Shown here in pieces: positions 20,006 through 46,143 of a stretch of 64,000 bases of DNA. Every line of letters starts with the position of its first letter. The stretch's first letter is position 1. The notes beneath the pieces are model-generated. The model did no database searches. It saw only the letters and a list, made by a program, of their open reading frames with translations, and was not told the origin of the DNA. This stretch comes from Amoebidium appalachense (lineage: Eukaryota; Protista; Ichthyosporea), in NCBI GenBank assembly GCA_963693365.1, contig CAVNZM010000005.1, forward strand, positions 3,058,202 to 3,122,201, given 5' to 3'. The position numbers and the translations under genes were made by a program.

Positions 20006-20710
20006 GCAAGGTTTGGGGGGGGGGGGGGGGGGGGGAGGGGGGAGGGGGGGGGAGGGGGGGGGGGGGTTCGTATGGTAACGAGATAGAATAATTGATATAA
20101 TTAGATATCGTTTTTTGGCGGGGTATGGTAATTCTGCCTAGGTGAGTGATAGACTAAGTGTAGTCCTTAACGTTTTGAGAGTAGCTGCCTTAGCTTGCCG
20201 GTGCAAAATACCGTAGGTAGATGATCGAAGTTTTATAACATAGGCCTATGATTGCATTTGTGTCCTATCTAGTTTCGAGCCAGTATCCATCTTTGCTGTG
20301 TCTGAAAACCCTAAATACCATGATAATTGCTGCACTATATAATGTTAAGGGGTAACTAGTCTGAGGGTGCACCGTATAGCCTAAAGTTTTCATCGATGAC
20401 GAAAACTCAAGTTGTCCAAATGCACACAAGATGTGCAGTTTTGGGGCTTTTGGTTGCAAATTTTCAACCTAAGTTTTCTTTGTGTAGAGCGATTTTCAGC
20501 CTCTAGGTTGGTAGGTTATCGTTTCTGTCAATACGATACACATCCACCATTACAGAGTGCTCATTAGCAGTACTTGCGCATAGTTCACTTTCTCCCCTCT
20601 TGATTACTGTTTGGATGACGTTCATAAATGGAAATAAATGTCTGTGTGATCAAGTGGTATCTTCTCCAGTGGGCAGAACGTGTGTGCAGGTGCATGTGCA
20701 TCTGTGTGTG

Positions 20711-20843
<133 letters not shown>

Positions 20844-21246
20844 ATTGGTAATCGTGCGCGCGCGCGTGTGTGCCTGATTTTTGTGTGCGTGTCCCTGCAG
20901 TGTACACAAAGATGTTCGACTTTATATGAATGTTAAATTCGGTGTATGTAAATGTTTGTTAGTTAGTGAGTGGGGGGGAGGTGGTGATGAGGTTCAATGG
21001 ACGTGGCAAGTCAAAAAAGTTTTTTTTTAGGGGGGGGTCCATGAGCGAATATTCACGAAAATGGAGGACTTGACGCAGCTTGTGATGGGTAATATGGGGA
21101 ATTGGTGGTGCCCAAAGAAATAAGAGAGCTACTTGTGATATTGGATCCATCAGAGCAAGGGAAGGGTAGGGGGACGAATATACCCCCCCTCCCCCCCTTC
21201 CCCCCCTTTTCGCCCCATGCCCTTTCCGCTCCCATCCCCCCCCCCC

Positions 21247-21277
<31 letters not shown>

Positions 21278-21701
21278 ACCGCTCCTCCCACTCTCTTCTC
21301 CCTCCCATACCATCACAATTCCGCTCCTATCCCCCCTCCCCCCTCCCCCCCGGCGCACCCCTCTCTTCTTCCCCTCATACCACCACAAGCTCCCTGCCAA
21401 ACCTTCCCCCCCTCCCCCTCTCCACCCCTTCCCAAACCTACCTACCTGGTCTCCTACACCACGCTAGCGGGTCGAGAGGTCTTGCTGGTTTTTCTTTCCT
21501 TCCACGTCTGGCTCTACCGTATTATTCAATTATTGTTTTCATGTTTATCGCAGTTAGAACATCACGATTTAATTCAGATATTATGTGCAGGTGCAGTCTC
21601 AGGGCTAACTTTGGAGATCTCGAGTTCTAAAAAATGGTGGGAGTCTAAAAAAAATAAAAGGGGGGGGAAACTAATATATGAATTAGGCATGGGATCCCAA
21701 T

Positions 21702-21735
<34 letters not shown>

Positions 21736-21884
21736 TCCGCCTCTGAAAGCTAAGAAGGAAGCTTTGTGTCGAATCCTGCTTACCCTTTGATGTACCTGTG
21801 ACAGTACCCCATGCCAGCATGATGGCAGGTGTTACCCAATCAAAATGAGCGAAAAAATTACTCACTATTTAAGGCAGGTGGCTA

Positions 21885-22328
21885 ATTATAGAAGGTTGGT
21901 TTTGTCCTCTTGGTGGTTAACTTTTTTGGCTGCATAGCTGGCTGCAGGATTATCATTTCTGCAAAATCACAATATAGAAAAATTTATAAGCTTTCAGGAA
22001 ATATATCGGTAACAGCCAAAGAAGCGTTCTTGAGGGGTGATAACATCGCTACAAACTCAGCCAATCAGAAATGCCATTATGGTCCCCATGCCATATTCAC
22101 ATCCTACACAGCGCAACCAAGTGAAAGACACTGAGTGTAAAACTAGCGCATCATAAGTGCAAAAAAAGCCCATTTCCGGATAAATCCCTTGCTGTCCTTC
22201 CTGACTCCGCCGCCGCCAAGTTGCGCCTTTTTTTTTTTTTTTTTTTTAAAAAAAAAGAAAAATCCCCGGGCAGATGGTGGCTTGATGGTTTTAGTTGCAC
22301 GTGATGTTCATTGTGTGGCTGGCTTTCC

Positions 22329-22420
<92 letters not shown>

Positions 22421-23365
22421 CCTGTGTGTGGGGAGGGGGGGGGGGGGGGGGGGAGAGATGAATGCGTTATAAAGTACGCAGTACACATAAACAATAGACA
22501 ACACGATGCAGAGTGCAAACCACACATAAATATAAGTATGCATATGCATAATATCCAGATCCCATCCTCAGGGGAGGAGAGGGGGGGGGGGGGGGAAGGT
22601 GAGCAGCTGGTTTATGCCCAATTAGGTTTGCGCACTTATTTTTGCGATGGACGTCTGGGGGGCACAGCCTTACCCAACAGCTACTAGTGATTTTTTATTG
22701 TTTACATCAGCTATAGCTTCTGCTATTGTCGTGCTAAGTTGGGATATCTCCCTTGCTGCAAATTTGTGGACTTGGAACTTGTCAACTATAGAATTTACGG
22801 GGACTGTCGACTTCTCATTCGCCGTATTTTCCCCTTCTAATAAGGTTGGTGTTATCCCAATATCTATCTCTCTATCCGTGCAGGCCATTTAATCTCTCTG
22901 TGTACACCTTTTTCGAATGTTGTATGATATCTGACGTTGAGTCAAATGAAAAAGACACAAACGCAAAAAGATCAGCGGTAGGGAGAAAAAACCTGCTTTG
23001 CTCAGTTACTATTATTGCAACAGACCACCAACAAATTGCTGCAATTGTTGGTTTGCTGCCTAAAACCGTAAATATTACTCAATATAGATAGCATCAATGC
23101 CTAGTTTCTTTCTTTTTCGTCTATAAAAAAGCCGGAATTTTAGCAGTGAAATCCTAAATGCACCACATACACACATATCCGAACCTATGAAAAGTCGCTT
23201 AGGTTGCATACTTTGATTAGTTTGCACCCCACCCATAAACCCCTACCAAATTGAAAATTCACACTATGTGCACGATCAAAGCTTTTCTTATTGGCCCTCC
23301 GTCTCATCGATCAGCCGTTGTACCTCTGTGTGGGTGTGGGGTGGCGGTGGCGTTTTTTTTTGTTG

Positions 23366-23431
<66 letters not shown>

Positions 23432-23640
23432 GTGTGTGCGCGCGCGCACGCATGCGTGCGGGGGGGGGGGGGGGGGGGGGAGGAGGAGGAGGAGGGGGAG
23501 GGGAAGGGTGTCAATTCGAAATGACCAGTCTCCTGTTTTCCACATTTCCTCTTCTCCAGATCCTTCCGTTCTGCTAACAAGCCAACATTTGCAAGTGAAG
23601 AAGAAAGACCAGACAATACGTTACGAACTCTTATCGCTCC
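21885..23640 (-). CDS. candidate minus-strand exons downstream of the p2-like exons (extension or separate gene)
   Basis: TTTTGTAG|GAIRVRNVLSGLSSSLANVGLLAERKDLEKRK from 23640. ~22930-22674 reads IIQHSKKVYTERLNGLH/DREIDIGITPTLLEGENTANEK...SLVAVG then GTAAGG, and needs a 1-nt correction. TTTTGCAG|NDNPAASYAAKKVNHQEDKTNLL* near 21958-21886. Confidence 0.4.
22459..22573 (-). mobile_element. same repeat family, 5'-truncated copy
   Basis: The minus strand reads CCCTGAGGATGGG...TTTGCACTCTGCATCGTGTT...GTACTGCGTAC...CGCATTCA. Confidence 0.7.
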
Positions 23641-24816
23641 CTACAAAACACAGACTTTGAGATAGAATAAAGACACTTGATAATCGTATTCCCCCCCTTC
23701 TCCTCTCCCCCCTCCCCCCCCCACCCTTCCCTTCCTCCCCCCCCACGAACACGCTCAACCCCCCCCCCCCCCTCCCCCCCCCTTCTCCTTTTCCCCTCCA
23801 CCTTCCCTCCATGGACCAATGCATTCCAAGTCCTAAACCGACATGTGCCCATCTCCCACCAACCTAGACCATGATGTGTGACCACCACACCAACCTCTGG
23901 CACCACCCAATCTGCAGGAACTAGTATATACAGATACACGCACACACACACATGCACTCGTACCGCACACATGCACACATGCGCCAACACACAGGCAGCC
24001 ATGCGCATGCACACACATTGCATAGGTGAGATACCAACCCATAACCACGAACAACAGGTATCTCCAACCCCCCTCCCCCCCCCCCCCCCCCCTCCTTCCC
24101 AAGGCGGTCTCACATAACCTGCACACACCTCCCGAAACAGCCCAACCTACCCGTTTGTCTCCCCTCAACAGTATGCACAAACACTATCCTCCCTTCCCCC
24201 TCCCCCCCCCCCCCCCCCCCACCAAACCCCCCCCCCCCCTCTCCCCCCCCAAAAAACCCCACCACCACCATCACCACCGCCACCACCACCATGCACGTGT
24301 CCCAAACTCATCTGTACACACGGGCATCAGGGCACCAATGCAAACACAAAGCATTCAAGCACAAAAGCAATATTGGACACAAACACGTACAAGCACAAGT
24401 ACCTTCCTCCCTCCCTCTTTCCCTTCCCCCCCCCCCCCCCCCCCCCCCTCCCCCCCTCCCTCCCCCCTCCCTTACACACAAACACCAACACTCCTCCGGC
24501 ACACACATGATGCTTTATAGCGACCACACCCCCGCTCTCCTCCCCCCTCCCCTCCCCCCCCCCGCCCCTCCCCCCCCCCCCCACCACCTCCACTAACACA
24601 CCCACCCACACTCACCCACACACTCATCCACCCATCCATCCACCCACCCACCCACCCATCCCCCCCCCCCCCCCCCTCCACACACACCCACCCACCCATC
24701 CCCCCCCCCCCCCCCCCCCCCCTCCACACACACCCACCCACCCATCCCCCCCCCCCCCCCCCCCCTCCACACACACCCACCCACCCATCCCCCCCTCCCC
24801 CCCCCCCCCCACCCAC

Positions 24817-25062
24817 CTCCGTGGTCGTCGGACACCAGTACCCCCCCTTCCAGCACCCCGTAGCCAGGCCAATCTTCTTGTTGCGCTCAAACTCTCGTGC
24901 TATGGCCTGCTCGTCCCCCCTCCACCCCTTGTAGCCCGAGAGGTTCTGCCGGCCCAGGAGGTGCATGCTCTTGATGCGCAGCTCGTTGGCTGTCTGCGGG
25001 TGTGCGGGAGGTGAGTGTTAGGTGGTTTGGTGTGTGTGTGTGTGTTTGTGTGTGTTTGTGTG

Positions 25063-25102
<40 letters not shown>

Positions 25103-25127
25103 TGTGTGTGTGTGTGGGTGGGTGTGC

Positions 25128-25170
<43 letters not shown>

Positions 25171-25312
25171 CGCGTATGCATGGGTTTGGGGGCCGAGGGG
25201 TGATGGAGAAGAAGGGCAAAAAGGAAAGGGAAGCAGCCTAAGGAGTGGGGACAAAGGTGGTGGTAGGCAGTTTTTTTTTTTTTGCCCCCCCAACCCTCAA
25301 TCCTGGGGGAAA

Positions 25313-25346
<34 letters not shown>

Positions 25347-25418
25347 GTAGCCACCCATCCATGGTCTAAACAAAACAATATGAAAAAGCTTTTCTCCCAC
25401 ACACATCACAGTTGGGAA

Positions 25419-25457
<39 letters not shown>

Positions 25458-26142
25458 GTAGACGTGAGGGAAGGCAGAGAGGAGTACTGGGTGCGAGGGG
25501 GAACATGTAAAGGGGTGGGGTCAGGGTAGGGAAGTAGGTGGTTTTGGGGGCAGGGGGGGGAGGGGGGGGGGGGGGGGGGGGGGGGGGTATTGTGGTACAC
25601 ACATTGAAGCACAACATTCACAACAGGCAAAGGGAGATTAAAACATGTAGATATCATTTAAAACCAAAAATGCATCATAAAAACAACAAATCAGAGAATC
25701 CATTCTCACGGTGGGTCCAAGTCATGTAAAGTACATACGTTTCGACCCATTGACCTCACACTGGGGGGAGGGAGGGGAGGGGAAGGGGGGGGAGGGGGGG
25801 GGGGGGAGGAGAAAGAATTGAATGCCTTCCAGAGTAGCTAGTACACAATCACGACGGGCAACACAAAACAGATTTGCAAACAAGAACACACACGAAGCGT
25901 AAACATCATAAATAGAGCCCATCGGGGGAGGGGGGGAGGGAGGGGGGGAAAGGATGGGGCGAGGGGGAAGGGGCAGGGCGGGGGGAGGGGGGAGGGGGGT
26001 TCCGATACCCAATCAGGGAGCAGGGTGGCACTGATCTCGCCAAAAGAGCCAATTCCCAGTGTGTTGATGCCCTGCAGCAGGAGGGCCCTCTCTCGCTCCG
26101 TCCACTTGCGCTCCTCTACCTCCATCACCTGCGTCTCAAAGT

Positions 26143-26223
<81 letters not shown>

Positions 26224-26566
26224 CGCGTGTGTGCGTGGGGGGAGGGGAGGGGAGAGCGACGTTTGGATGTGTCTGCGTGTGTGTGTGTGTGCATTTGTGG
26301 GGGGAGGGGGGGAGAGGATGGGGAAGGTTGGAGGGCCAGGAATGAGTGTCTATGTGTGGGAATGGGATGGCAGGGGGTCGGGGTGAGGTGGGTGGGTAGG
26401 AAAAGGGGGGGGGGGGGGGGGGGGGGGGGGGGGATGGACAGGCAAGGTAAGTAAGGAATACGGAGCAAGGGATAGTAGAAAGGCTCGAAGGAAGGAGGGG
26501 GATGGAGAAGCTTGTGTGTGTGTGTTTGATAAGAAGAGACAGGTGTGTGTGTGTGCATGTGGGTTC

Positions 26567-26604
<38 letters not shown>

Positions 26605-27514
26605 GGGGGATACAGAAAGAAGGGCTGAGACGGGTGGGTGGCTGGCTGGGTGGGTTCCGGGGGGGAAAGGGGGGGGAGGGGGGGGGGGGGGGGGGTCAAT
26701 GGACAAGAAGCAACAAAAACGGGTGGTTGGGGTGTGTAGGGTGAGCAGTCGTGCAGGTTATAAGAGCACCTCGCTATCAGGTTATGGGTGGGTGAGGGGA
26801 GGGGAGGGGAGGAGAGGGGAGGGGAGGCGGAGGGGCGGGGCTGGGGATGAGATTTCAACCAATCTCCTGCCGTCTGCTCTGTGAGAAGCATCCGCAAAAA
26901 TTATTCCACTCAGACTGACTATACTTACACAAACAGAAACTTAACTCTGCACATCTAACAACCCCCCCCCCCGGGGACACACACAAACACACACGTGCAT
27001 AGGCGTACACACAGTCGCAACTGAAAGGCCTAGTGCACAACAAAATACTAGTGGTGTGGAGGACGGGCAGGAGCACAGGAGGTACCACACGAGTGGGTGA
27101 TGGTGGTGGTGGTTTGGGGGAGGGGGAGGGGTAGGTGGGTGGGTGGGTGGGTGGGTTGGGTGGTGGTGGTGGTGGTGGGGGGGGGGGGGCAGTCAGAAGA
27201 GGGGAGAACAGAGGGAGTGAGAAAAGGCCGGGGAAGGGGGGGGGGGGGGGGTTCGACTGGGGGACAGACCTAAAGGACAAGGTGGCGAAGCAAGAGGAGG
27301 GGGGGGGGGGGGGGGGGGGGGGGGATGCATGCTTTTCATTGAATGTGCCATCACCATTGAGCATGTGTTCTGTGTCGGGGGAAGTCCGGCCTTCGACAGA
27401 ACATAAAGCGCATGTGCTTGACAAAGGTCTGTCGCTGGTCGGGTGTCCATGTGTGGTGGTCAGAGGGTAGCTGGCTGGACTGGCTGGCTATGTGCTACAG
27501 AGGTGTGTGTGTGT

Positions 27515-27545
<31 letters not shown>

Positions 27546-29423
27546 GGGAGGGGGGAGGGGTGGAGGGGGGCGGCTAGAATGCGGAATAGGGTACAAAGTA
27601 CAATTGCACGATGAGAAATACGGGCCAGGACAGGTGCAAAGGCATACATTCAAGTATGCAACGTCAGCAGCACGTATATGTCAACATCAGCAGAGCCCAT
27701 CCTCAAGGGCGGGCTGAAGAGATTAACTATGTCTGAGTTTCGGCCAGTTAGCTTCGTATACGAAGGCCAACTCTGAGAACAGCGTCATTAAACTTGGGTG
27801 TGTGTGTGTGTGTGTGCGGCTGTGTGGGGAGGGGGTACAAGAAATGCATTGGATTGACATGAATGCAACATGCAAAGAAGCCTGTTAGTAGGAAAGGCAC
27901 AAGGCAGGGACAAGAGAATATGCAGTGTGCAATTTGAGGAAAAGGCATGCAATACAGGTCATCCACACACGACAACTGTATTTGTTATGTAAAGAAAACC
28001 CGGGGTTGGTGGTGGAGTGTGTTGTGTGTGTGGGGGGGGGGAAGGGAAGGGGATGGAATGACCCTGGGTTATTGGTTAGGGGTTAACAGAAAAAAGGGGG
28101 GCCTGGTTGCAATACACAACGAATTTACAGGTACAGCAGGACATGATGGTGTTCATAAAAATGGTAAGCAATTCTTTTTGTGCTAAGAGAGAGTATGAAA
28201 TAGTAATGGTGAGGGTGCAGAAGAGCTGAAGGGTGGGTGGGTAGTGGGGGTTAGTTGGTTGGGGGGAGGGGGGAAGGGGGGGAGGGGGGGGGAAGGTGAG
28301 GGGGGAGAAGGGTTGAATTTCAAGTTTAGCGTCGTTTGTCGATAAGTGAGTTTCAGGCTGTTGAAGCATGTGGTTATTTAATATAAGTGGCACCGTAAAG
28401 GGGGTCTGCGGGTAAGTGGACATATGTGCCTCCTCTTACATGTGTTGATGTGTGCGTGTGGTTCTGAATGTGAGCCTAGACGTGGCGGTGTGTGGATCTG
28501 TGTAATTGCGTGCTTGTGCTTTGCATTCATGCCAACGTAGTGATTCACAGATGGAAGCACTTTGAATTTGAATATGGGCAAGGGACAAGCACCACAACAT
28601 GGAAGGATGCATTTCTGAAATGCAACACAAAGGCGGGTGCATGGGGTGGGAATGGGGTGGGGTGGGGTGGGATGGGGTGGGGGAGTAGGGGCGGAGGTAA
28701 CGCAGAGGCAAAAGCAAGAGGAGGAAGAAGTGGAAACAGGAAATATCCTCCTTGTAGTGCTTGGGGAGGGGGGGGGGGGGAAGGGGGGGGGGGGAGGGGG
28801 GTAGGTGTGTGCGTGTGTGGTGGTGGTGGTGGTGGGGATGGCGGGGGGGAAGGGGAGGACAAAAAGTGTGTATGGGTTGCAGTCTAGAAACGAGGCATGG
28901 GGCTAAAAAGAATAACGAAGCAGGTTGAATGATTATTTTTGAAAGTCTAAGATTAAGTTCTTTTTTTTTTGTGCCATGTGTTTCCGGGTGTGTGTGGGAA
29001 GAGAACGATAGGTAGGCGGGTAGGCACTATCCACCCCACAGATAGCTGAGTGTGTATGTCCCTTTCTTCTCTGTTCTTCTTGCTTTGGGTGTGTTGGGTC
29101 GGGGTTTTGTTTGTGGTACACAGCACGGAGTTCAGTTCAACACTCAGTTCTACAGTGGAACACACAAGCAAAGTATGTAACATAAAGTATGACCGGAGGG
29201 GGAACCGGTGGACGAGGCGAAGAGGGGGAGGGGGTGCCGGGGGTGAGGGGGTGGGGGGGGGAAGGGGGGGAGGGGGGAGCAAGGGACATAGTCAAAATGA
29301 AAAAACCACAGGTCAATGGCTGGCTGGAAAGGGCTCAGGGGAGGGGAGTTCACGTGGGTAGTTCACCTGTTCGTATTCAAGGTCTCGCTGTGGGGTTGGC
29401 TTGGAGCCCCCTGTGGCATCCAT
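24817..29423 (-). CDS. p2: Myb/HTH-like protein homologous to the p2 subunit of the MTA1c (AMT1) ApT 6mA DNA methyltransferase complex; exons 29423-29367, 27428-27333, 26144-26009, 24993-24817; last exon unresolved
   Basis: Spliced peptide: [33 protein letters not shown]...[94 protein letters not shown]. This fits my recollection of the p2 family of ciliates and early-diverging fungi. The model needs 1-nt corrections at 27377-27381 and 24841-24847, and intron 2 is GC-AG. Confidence 0.75.
27575..27798 (-). mobile_element. same repeat family, diverged copy (p2 intron 1)
   Basis: Shares GAATGCGGAA, TGCAAAGGCA, CATTCAAGTATGCAAC, GCAGAGCCCATCCTCA and GTCTGAGTTTCG with the 50808 copy. Confidence 0.75.
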
Positions 29424-30315
29424 TTCCGTGGTGTTGTCGCCTGTACCAAGCATTTCGCCCTATACGTGCAAAAGATGAGATTCGGGTACTAAGGGCAAGA
29501 GTGTGACGTTATTTTCAACGATGTTCAGGCCAATAAGTCTACGTGTTAGTTTACCAGCAGATCGCTCAGAATGCGATGCGTTTGACCATTTTTACATTGT
29601 TGTGTCCTCTCTCGTTTTCCAAAGAGGGCAGTGTTCGAAGGTAAGTGGTCCACGTTCGATTGCAACAAGGAGGGGCAAAAACGCGTTGGATAATGGATGT
29701 GATTGTGTTGTTTACAAAAGTAGAGAGCGCTATATGTGTGTGGCCTGTATCACCTACAATCACACTCTTGAACAAAGATACTCTGAGGGACAAGTTCGCA
29801 AACGTGCACGAGACGGTGTACGGATGCCGCGCGGGGGGCGAAGTCCTCCCTCCAAGATGGGCGAAGTAGGCAAAAGCGCGGGAACATCATTGATTGGACG
29901 AAGCATAGAACCATATAAAGCTTCTTTTGGCAACATTACATTGGTATATAAATTGCAGTTACGGGACCGGCAGCCGGCAGCCTGCGCCTTTCGCGATCGG
30001 GCACGTGTACATCATGTGTAGCTTGCCAAAAATGAGGGGTTTCGTTTCGACGGCCCAGTTGTTTTATGATTCATACATATGATTCAAGGAGGACCCTAAC
30101 ACAAAGGTGTGGGGGAAATCAAACAGGCTATGTAACATGATGCATACCCTCAAAAGGTTGGTCCTGCGAAGCAACATACTGCGGCAAGTCACTTCCCACC
30201 CGCCTACACCCTTTTTTCCTGCCTCTGCCTACGCAACCCTTTCGAGATTTGTGAACGTTCGATTGAAGTGTTCCTGCCTCAGTGCTCAATCAAAGCTTTT
30301 AAACCCAGTATCACG

Positions 30316-30388
<73 letters not shown>

Positions 30389-30407
30389 ACACACGCACGA
30401 ACACACA

Positions 30408-30448
<41 letters not shown>

Positions 30449-30452
30449 TGTG

Positions 30453-30485
<33 letters not shown>

Positions 30486-30598
30486 CACACACAGTCACAC
30501 ACACACACGTACGCATACACGTACACACACACACAAACACACACATGCACGACATACACGCACGGACACATGCACACATGCACGCGCACACGCACACT

Positions 30599-30652
<54 letters not shown>

Positions 30653-31101
30653 ACACACACACACACACATGATACATTACCCGAGCCGTTTTCTCCAACA
30701 CACCAGTGCACACGCTGTGGGAAGATGATACAGTTTTCCTCATGATCAGTAACTGAATTTCAATACGGTAAGTAATGTATTAATTTTTCCTTCCGTCCGT
30801 GTCGCAATTCAAATTGATGAAACGTCAAACAGCTGAGTCAGACACGGACTCACTCGGTACATATACAACCTAAGCTCTGACGTTTTTAGAGGCTTGCCCT
30901 GCTCCACTGGCGGAAATGGCTCAGCGTCATTGACAAAACTCTCTGCTTACACTGCGACCAGTATAGATGTGAATTAGGCTGATTCTTCATTCAAGGAACA
31001 GGAAGCGATGCTTTCTCTTCTATGTGAACTATTTCTTTCTTTTCTACAGTCTTTCTTTCTTTCTTTTCTTTTTTTGGATGGGGAGGGGGGGGAGGGGGGA
31101 G

Positions 31102-31136
<35 letters not shown>

Positions 31137-31177
31137 GGTGTGTTTGGGTTGGGGGGGAGGGGCGGAGGGATGGGGGT

Positions 31178-31215
<38 letters not shown>

Positions 31216-32018
31216 CGGGTGGAGGGGGAGGAGGGTATGCTAGATTCTCGGCCAATTCTAGTCTCTAGCTAGTCATCCCCCCCCCCCCCCCCCCAAAAAA
31301 AAAAAAAAAAAAAAAAAAAACCCACTTCTGTCCTCCCACCACACATATTGGCTTCCTCATCCGGAGTTCTATCCTCTATCTATCCCTGCATGCCTGCCCC
31401 CCCCCCCCCCCCCCCCCCCCTCCCCCCCCCCCCTCCCGGCCCCTTTCGAAACCACAGCATAAAAACGGTTTTCTAATTAATCTTCTAATTAAATGCTGCT
31501 AATGGGATGAAGGGAGGGGGGAACACCCGTAACCTATCACTACATACTGAGCAACAATAAAAACAAGATTTTATCGATGCCCATATCATAGGTAAGCCAC
31601 GGCCTTGGGTCATGACCATCTCATGGTAATCCTCCCCATCGGGGATTTTGAGCCTGCTATGGTGTGCTTGGTCTTCGAAATATTAATGAGCGGGAGCCTG
31701 AGGGACTTCAAAACCAACGGCCCAACTTTGTCAATGAATTTAATGTTCTGTTGTTAGGCAGTCTGTTGATTATAGAGCACGGGCGTTTTTCGTAGGAATG
31801 GTAAAGCATTTGTCCTCCAAGCTTCCCTCCCTCACCCTTCCCGGGCCCCCCCACACGCCACACACACAGTGAATGTAGGGTGGGCTCCGGCGCACGCCTA
31901 CACGCGTACGTGTGGTGCACACGCACAGACACAAACACACAAACGCGCACACGCATGCACGCACATGCACACGCACACGCACGCACACACACACGCACGC
32001 ACACGCACACACACGCAC

Positions 32019-32050
<32 letters not shown>

Positions 32051-32094
32051 GCACACACCAACACACACACGCACACGCACACATGCACACACCG

Positions 32095-32213
<119 letters not shown>

Positions 32214-33783
32214 ACATATATACGCACACACACTAGTACTCCGTCGACGAGGCGTTCACCAACTTGACTGTTTTGAATAGCTAAAGGGGTTACCAAAGGG
32301 GGGGAGGGGGGGGGGGTGGGGAGGGGGGTTTGAGAGTTCGTACGTGTGCACACTGATATGAAAGAGCCGTTACGGAAAAAAGCACGGCCGGGATACGGGA
32401 GGCTTTCCGGGCTGAAATATAGGCGGTCGAAAGCCTGTACTCGGTGTACAGTCTGTATAGCTGCCACCAGGAGCACATGGGTTGTTCCCGAAGAGGCTAA
32501 CGTAACGTCTCATTGCGGCTACATCAGCAACGTGATACCTGACCAATTGGTGCGCAGTGGTGATCTCCTGTCCTACTCCCTAGACTTTTTTCGCTTTCCG
32601 TGCGCATGCACATGTGGCGCACGGCGCTGTGCCGTACAGATCCGAATCTGATCATTACAACGATATTTGTGAGATAAAGTTTATCAGTAGGATATCCGAA
32701 ATGCATTCAGGTGTCTTTACTGCGTTTACATATATGCGTTTTGAAAATAAACTAAAAAAAGTACCCAGGCAGGGGCCAGGGCAGCAAACTGCTGTTTTGA
32801 TCCAGGGAGATATAATTGAACATTCCAGTGCAATAAAATTACTGACTGGTGCATTTCTAGCCAATCACAGCTCACTATGTCATGGAAGTAGCCAGCGGCC
32901 CGCACCAAAAGCGAGAACCGCCGACCGAGACTCTGTAGCATCCATTTACAGATAGAGGTTGTAAATAACACCAAATTCAAATTACAGTTCTTTAATAATC
33001 ATAAATTTGGCTAAACACGGGGGAAAAACACAGCTTCGACTGGTGTGAGATCGAAACCCGATTCGCTGACGAATGCAGCCAATCAGAAGCGATTAACTCT
33101 GACGATCGAAAGCATAAAACAAAAATCGTACACACAGTGACATGATATTTGTTCAGTAATAATGTACCGTTGCTGGGCATGATGGGTTGATCCCATTGAA
33201 TGAAAAAATGTCCACATCTCGTACCTATAATTCTGTTTTCTAAATGTAAATAATCTCATATAAATAAATATACATACATGTATGCTATATACGCCAAAGC
33301 ACACATACATCTACACTATTGTCTTGTATATTATGACTTGCACCCAAAGACCGCTGGCCGCAACCGCCAATCACAAACACGCGGTTGGCGTAAGCACTTG
33401 CCGACCACCTGTGCATACCGTCATAGACTGAATCAGCAGGCTATTCAGATTTCAGATGGACGACATACAGGGACTCAACAAAAACGAGCTGACTGTGATC
33501 AGGGAAACCCCGCCAAATCCTCAGAGAACAACTATATAACAGAAAAAAAGCAAGAGAATCAGCATTTAATAACAGTTGTTGCACTAGCTTAAGCTGAATA
33601 ATACACTTCTGTCCACACGTACTGTTCGTTTGCCCCACTGGAGATATTCAAGTTGCTGAAAACCCCTTCTTGCTACTTGTCCCTCTGCTATAACATAACC
33701 ACACACACATACGTACATTATAATTGCCTTCAATAGGATCGTATACGCACATGTAAACAAACCCCAGAGAGGAAAGAAGCACA

Positions 33784-46143
<12,360 letters not shown>

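Noticed and set aside
29503-30021. 172-aa plus-strand ORF
   Set aside because: Non-ATG start and no recognisable motif; it overlaps the likely promoter region of the p2-like gene (CCAAT/TATA-like words).
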